NCBI GenBank assembly: GCA_002189035.1
Contig: NEEC01000013.1
Location: 1,984,001-2,048,000 of the forward strand
Reading direction: 5' to 3'
Origin: Utricularia gibba
Lineage: Eukaryota > Plantae > Magnoliophyta
DNA: 64,000 nucleotides
This document shows, piece by piece, positions 51,856 through 64,000 of the stretch. The first letter of the stretch is position 1. Each line of letters opens with the position of its first letter. Under the pieces are notes generated by a model that was not told the DNA's origin, searched no databases, and was given only the letters and a program-made list of their open reading frames with translations. The translations under genes were made by a program, and so were the position numbers.

Positions 51856-54129
51856 TCAGGCGCTGCACATGCAATCAGGAGCAGGGTACGTATATATAGA
51901 CTGCTTTGGTTGCCGTAGCTTGAGCAGACCTTGCCTGTTTTTATGCCCTTCAACCACATGTCTTTTAAACTCCGGCCAGCTCAAGCTTTTGTTCAGGAAG
52001 AGTTGGCCTAAAAGGGCCATGTTTGGCCGTATCGTCTTCCTGTTTTTGTATGTTCGATGCCCCACCTGCCATTCACAGTAGAAAACCAGACACGAATGAG
52101 GACTGACTACAGAAAATTCGGAGCCAAGTTTGTAAAACGCGGCAATCAACAAAGCTGACCATAGCATTGTGCATATTCCCAGGTGAAGCAGAAATGAAGA
52201 CATCGCTATGCAAGGCAACATAGTAGTCAACAGCAGCCAACAAGGAGGCTTTTCCTGTGATTTCTCGTCGTTCATCAGATGATGCAAGGCTTCTCTTGTC
52301 TTCCATCATAGGAAACAGATTTCGCAATGCAGATATCCGAGCTTCTCCGCCATATACCTATGACAATTTGGAGAAACAAGTTATCAGCATCATCATGGTT
52401 GCCTACAAAAAGCAGTTGCTGGCTTACCTTGTGGGAAGCAAGATACAAGCGAGTTGTGTTGTCAAACCCCATTGCAGCTAGCAGCAACCCAATTTCTTCT
52501 GGTGTTAATGGGCACCGTCCCTGACTCCTCAGCTCTTCATCAGTGAACTTGGAGTTCAGTACTCTTCCTTGCCAGATCACTTGCCTGTACTTGGCTAGAG
52601 CCAGTTTTTCAGCCTTCCCTCCACCAAAGTCACAAGCTGAGTGGGCTGCCATGTCCTGAAAAAACATCTGGAGTTTTAGAAGTCCAAGAAACCACAGTGA
52701 GTCCCAGCAACAGGAAGGTACCTTGTCAAAACGAAGGTGGAGAACAACAAATTTTCTACTGCGTTGCTTGTATTCAGAATCATCAGTGGGTACAGGGGAG
52801 CTTCTGAGACGACTAATAAGAGCATCTCCGAGATCCCGAACATGAGGTACGAAGACTAGAGCTTCAAAGTTCACTTTGCAACGTAGTTGTTGGATTTCCT
52901 CAGGCATATTGTCAAAAGCCAGGCGATGCGAGAATGGTGCAATTGCAGCAATTCCATAGCTGGAATTAACAGATGGGGTATCATCATGAGGAGCTATATA
53001 ACGAGCCTTAAACATCTACAGCAAACACCAACCTCTCCAGAATCGGCAATACATTCTCCAGATACCAGTTGGCTGAAGCATGAACCGGGGCTGTTTTAAC
53101 TCGTGTTGCTCGAATAGCAGATGCATAATACTCCCTTGTGCTCCAGAAGTATTCTGCAGGAAGTTCCCTCACTATGGATATCTCATCTTTCAGCACATTG
53201 ATAAAATGGTCGACATCAAAAATATCCATGAATGTGCTGCAGTATGGGAAGAACACAGAAGGTTACTGGATACTTAACTACACAAACCAAGTGTAAAATT
53301 ATGATGGATTCATTAGGTAAAGAACCTTGAATCCTGCCAAACAGGATTTACTTCAAGATAAGGAATTACGAGAGTTGCATTGAGAATTTTAGCAATGACA
53401 ACTGCATCACAAACCTATTGTAACCCAAAAATGTGAATCAGTAGCAGAATCAGATGGGGGCATTCGTTGGTTTCAGATTGCAAAAACGATTACTTACTCC
53501 CATTCTTTGCTGATTCAATCCTCCATCAAGGAAAACCTGAAGATACCCTGAAGATTTCTCTGGCTTTGCTGCCCAAGTAATGTAGCAGATTAGCATTTTG
53601 AATGATTCCAGGAAACGAAAAAGGGTGTTTTGCTTACACAAAGCAGTGGTAGGACGAACACAAGGCTTCCATCCTTGGTGAGCTAAAGGCATCCACAGTT
53701 CATCCTGCTGCTCATCGCTCTACATCAAAAAACAGGACTCAGAAACAAGGTACATGATGAAGCTCAGAGAAATCTCAACAACTGAAAGGATTGATATTCA
53801 CAGTTTGTCGCTCCAGGGCGCTTTTAAGCAAGTGGGAATGTCTTGGTTTTAGGGCCTTCCATTCCTGCGGAAGCAAACATTTCTCAGCAATCAGATCTGC
53901 TTATCTTCTGAATAAGCAGATGCAACGAAAAATCTGGGAGGATTGCAACATAAATCTTCAGCAATCAAATGAAATAGGAACTGAAAAACAAACGCACCGA
54001 CAAGGCAGAGGGTGAAGCGTGACTAAGAGGTGCAAAAAGAGCAGGAAACAGCAAAGGCAAAAGGAGCACAAAGGAACCAGCCATGGCTCCTCCTCTGTAG
54101 CCGAAATGATGAGAACTCTTGCTTCTCAT
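51856..54129 (-). CDS. O-fucosyltransferase family protein (GT106/DUF246; At4g24530/At5g65470-like)
   Basis: N-terminal TM segment, GYLQVFLDGGLNQQRMG, LRCKVNFEAL, VLHLRFDKDMAAHSACDFGGG, GRCPLTPEEIGLLL and SIYTYPAPDCMC. Confidence 0.94.
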
Positions 54130-55545
54130 TTTTTGTACCTTGATCGCGGCAGTGATTTGTCGATTGGAATAGTGGGGCTCAATATATGAAGAGAACCTTT
54201 GAAAACTGTATAAAGTTCGATGCAGGTGAGAGAGACTGGCAATGAATGAGAGGCCAGAACCCAACGCCAGCTCAGTTCACCCCCCATAAATACAAAGCAT
54301 TTTCGTCGTCCGTCGATCAGCCAACCGTTACCAGCCTTTTCCTCGGTAAAAACAAAAACCCAACAGACAACCCATTTGCGGGATCTGCACAACGCACCAT
54401 TCCACACAATTAACAACTAGTAAAAATGCAATCTTTAATATGCTGTGACACCTAGTCGTCATCATAATTGAGCAACGTAGCACGATGATTAGTTCACACA
54501 AGAGCTAGTATTACCGCCCAGGAATCTCCTACTTCTAGGCTAGATTATCACATTATTGATCTACGCTACATTAGCCGCAGCTCGATCGAATCATACCCTT
54601 GTCCCCTAAACCCAAAAAGGACCAAAAGGCGTTGCCTTGATCACAAGGAAAATACAGTAAGAATTTCATTTCACCGGAGTAAAAGCACGTGGGCTTCTCC
54701 GCCTCCATCATTCGGCCCTCTCCGACAACTTTGGGTCCACCAAGTTTGTCATCGATTTGACCATAAAACCACCGCCATTCATGTCTTGAACGCTTTCTTT
54801 GATTCATCCAGAGAGCAACTGATCTCGGTTTTCATTAATTTAACTATGGCTTTCAGCAGTTTATCTGACGACGACGACGCCGCCTAACCTTTCATCATTA
54901 AGGACTTGATTTAGAGGGACGCGTGTCGAGGAATCTGTAACGTCGGAGGATGACGGTGATTTATGGAATATGGGCACTCATCATTTGCTGAGATAAATGC
55001 CATGCCCAACCTGCCCACAGTTCCATCAAGGAAGAAGAAGGCATCCTCGTGGAAAATTAATTATTAAAGACAATATTTTTAAAAACCATTTGAAGAAAAA
55101 CTTCCAGTGATGTCAGCACAATTGTGTCTGAGCTCACATTGCTACGCTGATCTAATGCTGGTAATGTGTGTTCTTTCGAAACAATTCTTGTTTTTTTTTC
55201 AGAAGCGACTGGGATTTTCGTGTTTGTCATGTTCAAAACCTGAAAAAAAGTAATCTTTTGACCCTGCGCCGGAGCTGTTGTTAATGGTCATTTGATTGGA
55301 AGGTGGATCCATCTCTGGAATACACTGCCTTTTTGGTAGCTTGTAGGTCTTTGTTTCAGTGATCACTCCACTTGTTTATTGGGTAAGGATCCATTAGTCT
55401 TGCTTTTATTATTATTTTTTTCTGGGTCCTTCGTTCATACTCGCATGCCCAGCGGGATGCTCCTTTCATCCCTCGTTTGCCCACTGTTGGTGCGTTGACT
55501 CAAGCTTAAACTGAATCAAGATTTGGTTTTCCGGCACCCTGACCG

Positions 55546-57581
55546 ATGATGTCGACCGCCGTATCTCCTCCGCGTGAAGCCCATCTCCCTGTTCATACCA
55601 CCACCGGTAATCACCTGAAACGGTGGTGGCGGAGAGTCGATTGGAACGGCGCCAAGCCAATTCCCCTCCTGTTCTGTGTCGCTCTAGGGCTAATACTCCG
55701 TTTCGCGGTTCCGAAGCCTCACGCGGTGACCCACAAAGCGTGGTCTCTTCTGTCTATTTTCGTAGTCACCGTCGCCGGTTTAATTGTACGCCCTCTGCCC
55801 GTGGCTGCGTGGGCTTTCGTGTGCCTCACCGTCACCGTGGTGTCGAAAACGTTGGCGTTCAAGGATGCGTTCTCTGCGTTCACCAACGAGATTACATGGT
55901 TGCTTGTGGTAGCTTTTTTGTTCTCCAGGGGATTTATGAAGTCGGGATTGGGGACAGAATCGCGATGTTGTTTGTGCGTGTTCTTGGGAAGAGTACTCTG
56001 GGTTTGGCGTACGGGTTGGTTTTAGGGGAACTCGCTATTTCACCCGGAATGCCGAGCTCCACCGCGAGGGCTGGTGGGATATTCTTGCCGATTATCAAGT
56101 CCTTAGCTTCGAGTGCTCAGAGTATCCCCAAGGATCCATCTGCGAGGAAGCTCGGAGCTTTTCTCGTGCAGTGTCAGAATCAGGTACTCCTTATGTGATG
56201 ATCCCAATGCTTGTCGAGCTGCGAACTCGTTACCTGATTTGTGTGATTTCATTCAGGCGACCAACAGCACGAGTGCCCTTTTCCTCACGGGAGCTGCACA
56301 GAACATGTTGTGTTTGAAATTAGCTGAGAGCCTTGGGGTTAGAATTCCCAACAGTTGGATAACTTGGGTGAAAGTGTCCTGTGTTCCTGCTCTTGTCTCT
56401 GTTCTCGTTACCCCATCGATCATGTATAAGCTTTATCCGCCTGAGATAAAGTCAACGCCGGATGCTCCAGTAATGGCTAAAGAGAAGTTGAAGGAGATGG
56501 GGCCGGTTAAAAGGGAGGAGTGGATAATGCTGGCAACTATCCTTCTCACTATTGGTTTGTGGGTTGCAGGGTGAGTTCAAAAGTTATGATCATTTTGTTT
56601 TACAAAGCCCTTTTCTTTTCCAAACCTATCTACTTCAAACAGCGCATATCAGCAAATGAAGAAGGGGGTATGATAACTAATTGATGATCTCGTTATGTGC
56701 TGCAATGTAATGAAGATGGTTCACCTCCCTTGAAATATACTTCTGTTTGAACCATCTTCAGCCATCTTCATATGATTCATGAAGCTCCATTTGATAACTG
56801 CTTGAAGTTTGTTTATTGTGGGTTTTATGGGACATGGAAATCCTCTCTTTCTGTGGGTTTTATGCACTTGGGGTTGCCGTCTACTGTTTGTTGAATACGA
56901 GTTTTCTGTGTTGCTTGAGAATTGTTTCTTCTTCTTTGTACAGAGATCCCCTGAGCATGTCTACTGCAGTTGCTGCTCTGATCGGACTGTCTCTGCTACT
57001 TCTAGTGGGACTTTTAACATGGGAAGACTGCTTAAATGAGAAAGGAGCATGGGATATTCTGGTTTGGTTCGCAATTCTCGTCGGAATGGCGACGCAGCTA
57101 ACCACTCTCGGAGTAGTATCCTGGATATCCGACTCCGTCGCCCATTTCCTCCGATCCTTATCCCTCAGCCGGTTCGGTGCGTTCGCCGTCCTTCAAATCA
57201 CATATTTCTTCATCCATTACCTGTTCGCCAGCCAAACCGCACATGTCGGAGCTCTGTACTCTGCCTTCCTCGGAATGCACCTGGCTTCCGGAGTCCCTCC
57301 GCTGTTATCCGCCCTGGCTCTGGCTTACAACACGAATCTGTTCGGAGCCATAACTCATTACAGCAGCGGCCAAGCTGCTCTATATTACGCCGGTATGATG
57401 AGATCCACCCAACTCCGTTCTACTCTTTAAAAGCTCTGATTGTTTCCACTGTTTGCCGTGCGCAGCGGGGTACGTTTCGCTCCATCATGTGTTCATGTTG
57501 GGCATATCCATGGCGCTGATCAACCTCTCCTTATGGGGACTCATCGCAGCAGCGTGGTGGAAAATACTCGGCCTCTATTGA
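55546..57581 (+). CDS. DiT2: DiT2-like dicarboxylate (glutamate/malate) transporter, DASS family; 4 exons; no evident transit peptide; apparent 1-nt frameshift at 55950-55953
   Basis: GAKPIPL, GLGDRIA (after repair), PGMPSSTARAGGIFLPIIKSL, ALFLTGAAQN, FASQTAHVGAL, THYSSGQA and WWKILGLY stop. Confidence 0.92.
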
Positions 57582-57678
57582 CGCCCCGCCGCATACGCCA
57601 TGGATGCGCCGCCGACGACCTCCGGCGGATTTTGGCTCAGCCCGAAGATGGGTACTATCTCCGAGCAATTTCCAATGA

Positions 57679-57680
57679 AA

Positions 57681-57724
<44 letters not shown>

Positions 57725-57735
57725 CTATTATTATT
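57679..57735. repeat. Inverted (AAT)9-(ATT)n microsatellite forming an AT-rich palindrome
   Basis: (AAT)9 at 57679-57705 directly abuts (ATT)6 at 57706-57723, followed by ACT(ATT)3. Confidence 0.93.
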
Positions 57736-57790
57736 GTAGTATTCTTTTATTTTAAAATAATAATAATAATAATACAAAACCGACATCCAG

Positions 57791-57797
57791 TATAAAA
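57791..57797 (+). promoter_or_regulatory. TATA box of the HD-Zip I gene
   Basis: TATAAAA consensus immediately upstream of the first exon. Confidence 0.5.
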
Positions 57798-57971
57798 AAA
57801 GAAACTGTGATGCCTTGGATTGCTTCCACTATGGGAATGGAAGAAAATTCCATTCTTGTTACTCTGCTCCAGAAAACAGCACGGGCTCACTCACATGGTC
57901 GGTCCCTTGATCAGACTGCCGCCATGGAAAATGGTTTCCCCACTGTTCCACTGTTGCTCAAGACTGCAAAA

Positions 57972-58812
57972 ATGAGCACAATCTCAGTCACCCCTTCTTC
58001 TCACGCAGGTCCTCAGACTGATTCAGAGGAGAAAGAAACCATCTCTTTTGTTTGCTGAGCTCTTGATTTCTGACTCTTTAAGGATGTGTTTTGTCAGGGA
58101 CGAAGCCCATTTGCTCAGCAAAGCAGCTGCAGGGGATGGTAAAGGGTGATTGTGTTGACCGGAGGTTGGAGAAGAAAAGGAGGCTGCGAGGTGATCAAGT
58201 GAAGGCATTGGAGGATATGTTTGAGTTTGAGAGTAAACTTGAACCAGAGACGAAGCTTAAGCTTGCCAAAGACCTGAACTTGAAGCCAAGACAGGTGTCC
58301 ATATGGTTTCAAAACCGACGGGCCAGGTCGAAAACGAAGCAACTAGAGACGGATTATAAGCTCCTCAAGGCCAATTTTGACGCCCTTAAGTCCAACGTGG
58401 AGGCACTGAAGAAGGAGAACCAGTCTCTGTTCAGTGAGGTAGGTAGCTTCTTGCGTGTTTTTTGCTAAAAACAAGGCAAAATTGATGATTGTAGTTTGGT
58501 GGAATTGGGATACAGATTGCAGAACTGAAGCTCAAGGTGGAGGCAAATGTTGAAACTGAGAGCAGTGAAGCGATGATTCTTCCTTCTGATAGCAAAGATG
58601 TTGCAGATGTGAAGAAGCATGGATCCAGTGATTGCAGTGAGTCAAGCGCTGCTGCTGTCTCTCGTTCTTATGCTGCTGACAAGTTGGCTGAAACTGATGG
58701 TGGAGTCTCTTGTTTAACAGAAACAAGCTTCCATTTTTCTGACTCTGGGTATGAGCCAGAGTTTATCAAGATTGAGGATCAGAATCTTTTTGATACAGTC
58801 TTCATGTGGTGA
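57972..58812 (+). CDS. HD-Zip class I transcription factor, ATHB5/6/16-like; 3 exons; start ambiguous (in-frame ATGs from 57810 to 57972)
   Basis: [53 protein letters not shown] plus a leucine zipper. Intron 58009-58097 is phase 1. C-terminus IKIEDQNLF...W. Confidence 0.9.
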
Positions 58813-59060
58813 CCATCTCTGGTTTCACCGTCACTGTTCAATGTTCACGTGATGATGCTATAAGTACGCATTGCTCACTGTCTGGGTGGTGTTCTACTGT
58901 CCACTGTAACTGTAAGTGAACTCACCGCCGGTAAAAAAACATGGAGATATGGACTCCAAATCACAAGTACTGCAAGTGGAGAAAGTGGAGGATTGTCGAT
59001 GCCCTTTGTGTGAAATATGCATAAAAGCACCAAATGTAAAGCGCCAAAGCGATGACTGAC

Positions 59061-59186
59061 AAAGAAACTCAATGCACTATGGGACATGGAATAAAGAGAA
59101 AAAAGCGACTGACAAGATTCATCACGATGTCTATTACGGAGAAGAGAAAGAAAGAAACTCAATGCACCGTGGAAATGGAATAAAGA
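59061..59186. repeat. Imperfect ~37-bp direct repeat (59061-59097, 59151-59186)
   Basis: AAAGAAACTCAATGCAC...ATGGAATAAAGA occurs twice, 90 bp apart. Confidence 0.8.
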
Positions 59187-59456
59187 TTAAATCTTGGGGG
59201 TCTTTTTTTATTTACTCGATAGTTGGGGGTGTAGATTCAAAATTTCACGCTGTGTTTGGAAATTGGAAGTGACTGAGGTCAGCCGAAAATGCGGCCCAAG
59301 GCAATCTAGGGTTCAACCGCTTTGCCCCTGTCAAGGGCCACTAACTAACGTGCACAGCATATTCAACCCCGGGAACTTCGCTAAGCCTGCCTGCCTGTCT
59401 GTCTTTCGTGAGAAGCTGTTGCAGGGGCAAGTGGAAGATTTGATTGAATAAGGAAA

Positions 59457-62400
59457 ATGGGTGGCAGAGGAAGAGGAAGGTCGCGTACTCAGAGAAAGCA
59501 CTTCCAGCAGAGCAGGGAAAACACTTGGAAACGCTCAAAATCTGATCATTCGTCTGATCCTCGGGTTGAGGATGGCAATAGCACTGCAAATACTATCTGG
59601 GAGCCTTTTGCTACGAAGAACGATGCTTTCGATGAATATTATAAAGTAAGCTGGAGAAACATTGCTGTTAGAGGTTTTCTATTTTTGGGCAAATGGCTTT
59701 TGATATGAAACTGGGATTTGAGTCACTAAAAATTGAAAAGGGGATACTTTTTTTTATCCATTTGTGTGTCGGTAACGTTTAAGTTGGAGTGATACAGATA
59801 TGTTGTTTTTCGAGTATGTAGGAGCAAGGAATTGTGGCCCCTGAAGAATGGGATTCTTTCATCGACTTTTTGAGAAAACCACTCCCTGCTGCTTTCAGGG
59901 TTAATTCCAGGTTCACATTGTTTTTGTGTGCATTAAATTTGTGTGCTTTGTACATGCGTTTACATTTCAATGTAAGCTTTGGCATATCTTACACCCTTCA
60001 ACGTGCAACTCTTCTGTATTCTCAGTCTATTGATTTGTCTCGTGAACTCGCAGACCTCTGAGAGATAACTCTTAATGAATTCTTGCAGTAGCCAGTTTCA
60101 CATGGAAATTAGATCTCAACTGGAAAATGACTTTATGAAATCTCTTCAATCACAGGTGCAATGGTTTGTGTTTTTCAGTCACTAATGCCCCCTGAGTATG
60201 TGGTAATATATATGACGTCTAATTCTTGTGTCTTTGATTTATAGGATGATGATGGAGCGGACGTAGTGGCACTAAAGCCATTGCTATGGTATCCAGATAA
60301 TCTAGCTTGGCAGTCAAATTACTCTAGGAACCAATTGCGGAAGAATCAGAATCTTGAGCGGTATTTTTTGTTTAAGATTGTGAAGTCCATAGGTGTGAAA
60401 CAGTATCTTTTATGTTATAGGTCCTGTTATCTTTTAAAAACGAATGGGTGAATAGAATGTAGTGAACGACTGACTTGAAACTTTTTTGTGTGTGTCTGTT
60501 CACTCGAGTAACTAAGTAGAATTGAGCTTTTCAGATTTTTTCCAGAAATCATGAAAATAGGCGTCATCATTCCTAAAATAAAATTAATGCTGTGTCATGT
60601 GGTTTTCACAATTTTCATTCTTCCCAGGTTTCATGAGTTTCTGAAGCTAGAAAACGAGATAGGGAACATTACACGTCAAGAAGCTGTTAGCATGGTTTGT
60701 CAAAATTTTTCATGGCATGTTTTTCCTGTTTCGTTGTTCTAAAAACTTGACTGTGATATACCATGCTTTCTCCTTTGCTCACCTTATATTTTTATTTTTT
60801 TCGTAATGCAGGTTCCTCCATTGTTCCTTGATGTACGTCCGGATCATTTTGTTCTTGATAGTAAGTTATATCATGACATTAAGATTCCATGCTTTTCGTT
60901 TTCTATGATTTACCATAAAGCGGGCATCTTGTATTTCCTGCAGTGTGTGCTGCACCAGGTTCCAAAACATTTCAGTTGCTGGAGATGATATACAAGTTGA
61001 CTGAACCAGGGTCTTTACCTTCTGGAATGGTACTATTACCTGATATCTCCTTTTTTTTTTCTAAAAGCTGATTGTTCATATTGTTGGCTGTTGAAGCAGC
61101 CATCTTCGATTTTGTATTCATTACATTTTTCTCAGTTCATGCGTCCTGCTAACTTAGATGTAATTGTTCACATTTTGTTACGTAGGTTATAGCTAATGAT
61201 CTGGATGTTCAAAGATGTAATCTTCTTATTCATCAAACAAAGAGAATGTGCACTGCCAACTTAATTGTCACAAATCATAATGCACAACACTTCCCAAGTT
61301 GCCATTTACACAGGAATCAGTTAATCGATTCCCAAAATCAAAATGTTGGAGAGCATACCTTTCGTCAGCTTCAGTTTGATCGTATACTATGTGATGTTCC
61401 CTGTAGTGGTGATGGAACCTTACGTAAGGCCCCTGACATTTGGAAAAAATGGTAAGTCTTTGTCCACTGGAGAATTATTCATCATGTATTTTCTGAATCC
61501 TTTCATCATTCCTTTTTCGTTCATGTTTCCTTGATTTCAGGAACTCAGGGATGGGCAATGGTATTCATGCTCTTCAAGTTCAAATAGCTAGCCGAGGTAT
61601 CATTTTCTGTCTAAAAATTCAATCAAAATTAAACGCATCACTTCTGTCTAGTTTCCATAATGAAACTACATTTCTACACTGTTTCAGGCATAGCTTTGCT
61701 TAAAGTTGGTGGTCGGATGGTATACTCCACTTGCTCCATGAATCCTGTGGAAAATGAGGCTGTCGTTGCAGAGGTATTGTTTGTTCATTAATCTTTAAAG
61801 TTTTAGCCTGCACTTTATGCTTATTTAACCTCTTCTGTATCTAATGCCTTTTCTGAAATTCACAAAAGATTATGAGGCGTTGGAAAGGTGCCATTGAGTT
61901 GCTGGATGTCTCTGAGAAGCTTCCTCAGCTTGCTAGGAGACAAGGCCTTAAATCATGGAAGGTTATGTCACTCTTTTTTCATTGACTAAATAAGCTAGTA
62001 ATTGGATGTCACGGTCATGTTTTTTATTTTTTAGAATTGCACAGCAGTATTAGTTAAAAAAATACAAGGGGTCTATAACTTTGTTATTAACATTTGTCAT
62101 ATGATTTACTTTAGGTTCGGGATAGAGGTTTGTGGTTGGCATCTTGTGAAGATGTTCCAAAGTATCGAAGATCTGTAATTTCCCCTAGCATGTTTCCCTC
62201 TGGCAAGGCATACGAAGAGACTATTAACAATGAACTTGAAACTGAATCAAGGCAATCTTGTGGCGTAGCTGATGAGATTCCTGGCGAGGACCATGTTCCT
62301 TTAAAGAAAAATTTGGACGCAGAAGTATCAGATCTACCCTTGGAGCGCTGCATGAGAATTGTGCCCCATGATCAAAATTCTGGAGCCTTTTTTGTTGCTG

Positions 62401-63667
62401 TATTTCAGAAGGTTTCCTCAGTATCTGGTACTTTCAGTCATCATCTTTTAAGTTTTCCAGGAACATCATTGTTTTCTAATAAAATAGTTCCCTTCGTAGC
62501 CTATATATTGCCTATTCTTTTCGTTGCTAAATATGCATATTTCTCAGATTCAGCTGTTACTCAGAAGGCACCTACTCATCCTCAAATGGAGAATGTGATA
62601 GAGAAATCAAGTTCTGAAGTTGTTGAATCAAATCTTCAAGACGATGATAATGATGCTGAAATGAATGGAGATGCATTGGATGGTGAACAGAGTGACTTAG
62701 AAGAAAATGGGAAGAATGAACTTGAAGAAAATGGAAGAGATGAGCCTGAACCTTCACTAGATGTGAAGACTGATGGCAAATCCGTTGCAGGAAAGAGGAA
62801 ACTGCAGATTCAGGGAAGATGGAGAGGAGTGGACCCTGTCATATTCTACAAGGATGAAAAAGTTGTGAACACTATCTCTGAGTTTTACGGCATACAGGAA
62901 TCCTTTCCATTCAAGGGCCACCTTATCACTAGAAACAATGACTCAAACCATGTCAAGAGGATTTATTACATATCAAGTTCAGTGAAAGATGTTCTTGAAC
63001 TGAACTTTCTGGCTAACCAACAGCTTAAGATTGCTTCAGTTGGCCTCAAGATGTTTGTAAGTCTCACTCAAGAACCTTTCTCAAGATGTTTGAATGAATA
63101 TTCTCATATCCAGGTTATTGTCTATCAACAGGAACGGCAAACATCACGAGAGGGAACATCCACACCCTGCATGTTCCGAATATCCTCTGAAGGACTGCCA
63201 CTGATCCTTCCGCACATGACAAAACAAATTCTATATGCTCAAGCCGTAGATTTTAAACATCTTTTGAAGTATAAAAGCATCAAGTTTCCAGATTTAGTGG
63301 ATCCCAAGTTGCGGGAGGGAGCTACCAACCTAATGCTAGGATGCTGTGTGGTGGTTTTAACCAAAGGTGTGTGAAAATGTCTCTTATCTCATATGCTACT
63401 TGTCTCCTACCCACCCAGAGAATGACTGCTTGTTCTCATATCAATGCAGAGAGCAGCACCTCCTCACATTCTTCCCAAGACACTGACGCACCACCACCCA
63501 TTGCTGTTGGCTGTTGGAGGGGCAGAAATAGTGTGTCCGTGATGGTGAATGCAACAGATTGTCAAGAACTTTTGGAGCGGGTGTCTCTGCTCGTCTCCGC
63601 CGACAGAGACTTACCCATTGCGGAGGCGCCTGAAGATGGAAATCCCGATGGGCCGGAAGCTGAGTAA
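59457..63667 (+). CDS. TRM4B: RNA (cytosine-5)-methyltransferase TRM4/NSUN2; multi-exon
   Basis: [28 protein letters not shown], motif [12 protein letters not shown], motif [20 protein letters not shown], motif [18 protein letters not shown] and [11 protein letters not shown]. Confidence 0.95.
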
Positions 63668-64000
63668 GCCGTCGCCGGCACGTCTTATTCAATGGCTCGT
63701 ATCTGCCTGAGCAAACTGTATGGGAATCGCACTGGGAGCTTGAACCAGATTTTTGGCGAATAAACAGATAAATTAAATACTATTTTTTTTTTAGGAAATA
63801 AATGGAAATTTAATAGACGATTTTCCGTACACTGCAATTTGCGTATGGCGACTAATTTTATTAAATTTCTTTTTTATTATTTAAATTAGAATTATTTTCG
63901 GTGTGGAATGGGAAGGAAGGAAACCATCTTCTGTATTTTATTTTCGGCTCAATTGGTGTCGAAGGATCAAACCCTAGGTATCGGAAATTGGGTTCACTCA

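Noticed and set aside
54571-54807. 78-aa minus-strand ORF between the O-fucosyltransferase and DiT2 genes
   Set aside because: No recognisable motif or splice context, and it lies in a divergent promoter region.
913-57581. Calling the frameshifted genes pseudogenes
   Set aside because: All lesions are of one type (a one-base G/C run shortfall), and the proteins otherwise keep their catalytic motifs.

Overview
Eukaryotic (land plant, eudicot-type) nuclear DNA, not prokaryotic. The window is gene-dense, about 19 protein-coding loci in 64 kb, with mostly short introns and very AT-rich spacers. In order: BCS1-like AAA ATPase (+), NERD1-like FG-GAP protein (+), kinesin-7 (+), PLS/E-class PPR (-), MIP1-leucine-zipper gene lacking DUF547 (-), LRS1/WDR48 (+), DUF1685 (-), APETALA2 with miR172 site (-), ARP2 (-), WRNIP1/MgsA (+), NAC-beta/BTF3 (+), PAT10-like DHHC acyltransferase (+), SGNH/PC-esterase-like (+), MMD1-like PHD (+), MSL2/3 channel (+), O-fucosyltransferase (-), DiT2-like transporter (+), HD-Zip I (+), TRM4B/NSUN2 (+). 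I found no rRNA, tRNA, CRISPR array or intact transposon. At least 12 coding frameshifts are each repaired by adding one base to a short G or C run, which points to systematic assembly error rather than pseudogenes. I found no convincing new multi-gene system. The best leads are a DiT2 transporter with no plastid transit peptide, a leucine-zipper-only MIP1 gene, a possible unannotated spliced antisense transcript between the MMD1-like gene and MSL2/3, four GC-AG introns and an AT-rich cruciform palindrome. Family names and Arabidopsis homologues come from my recall of conserved motifs; no database search was run.
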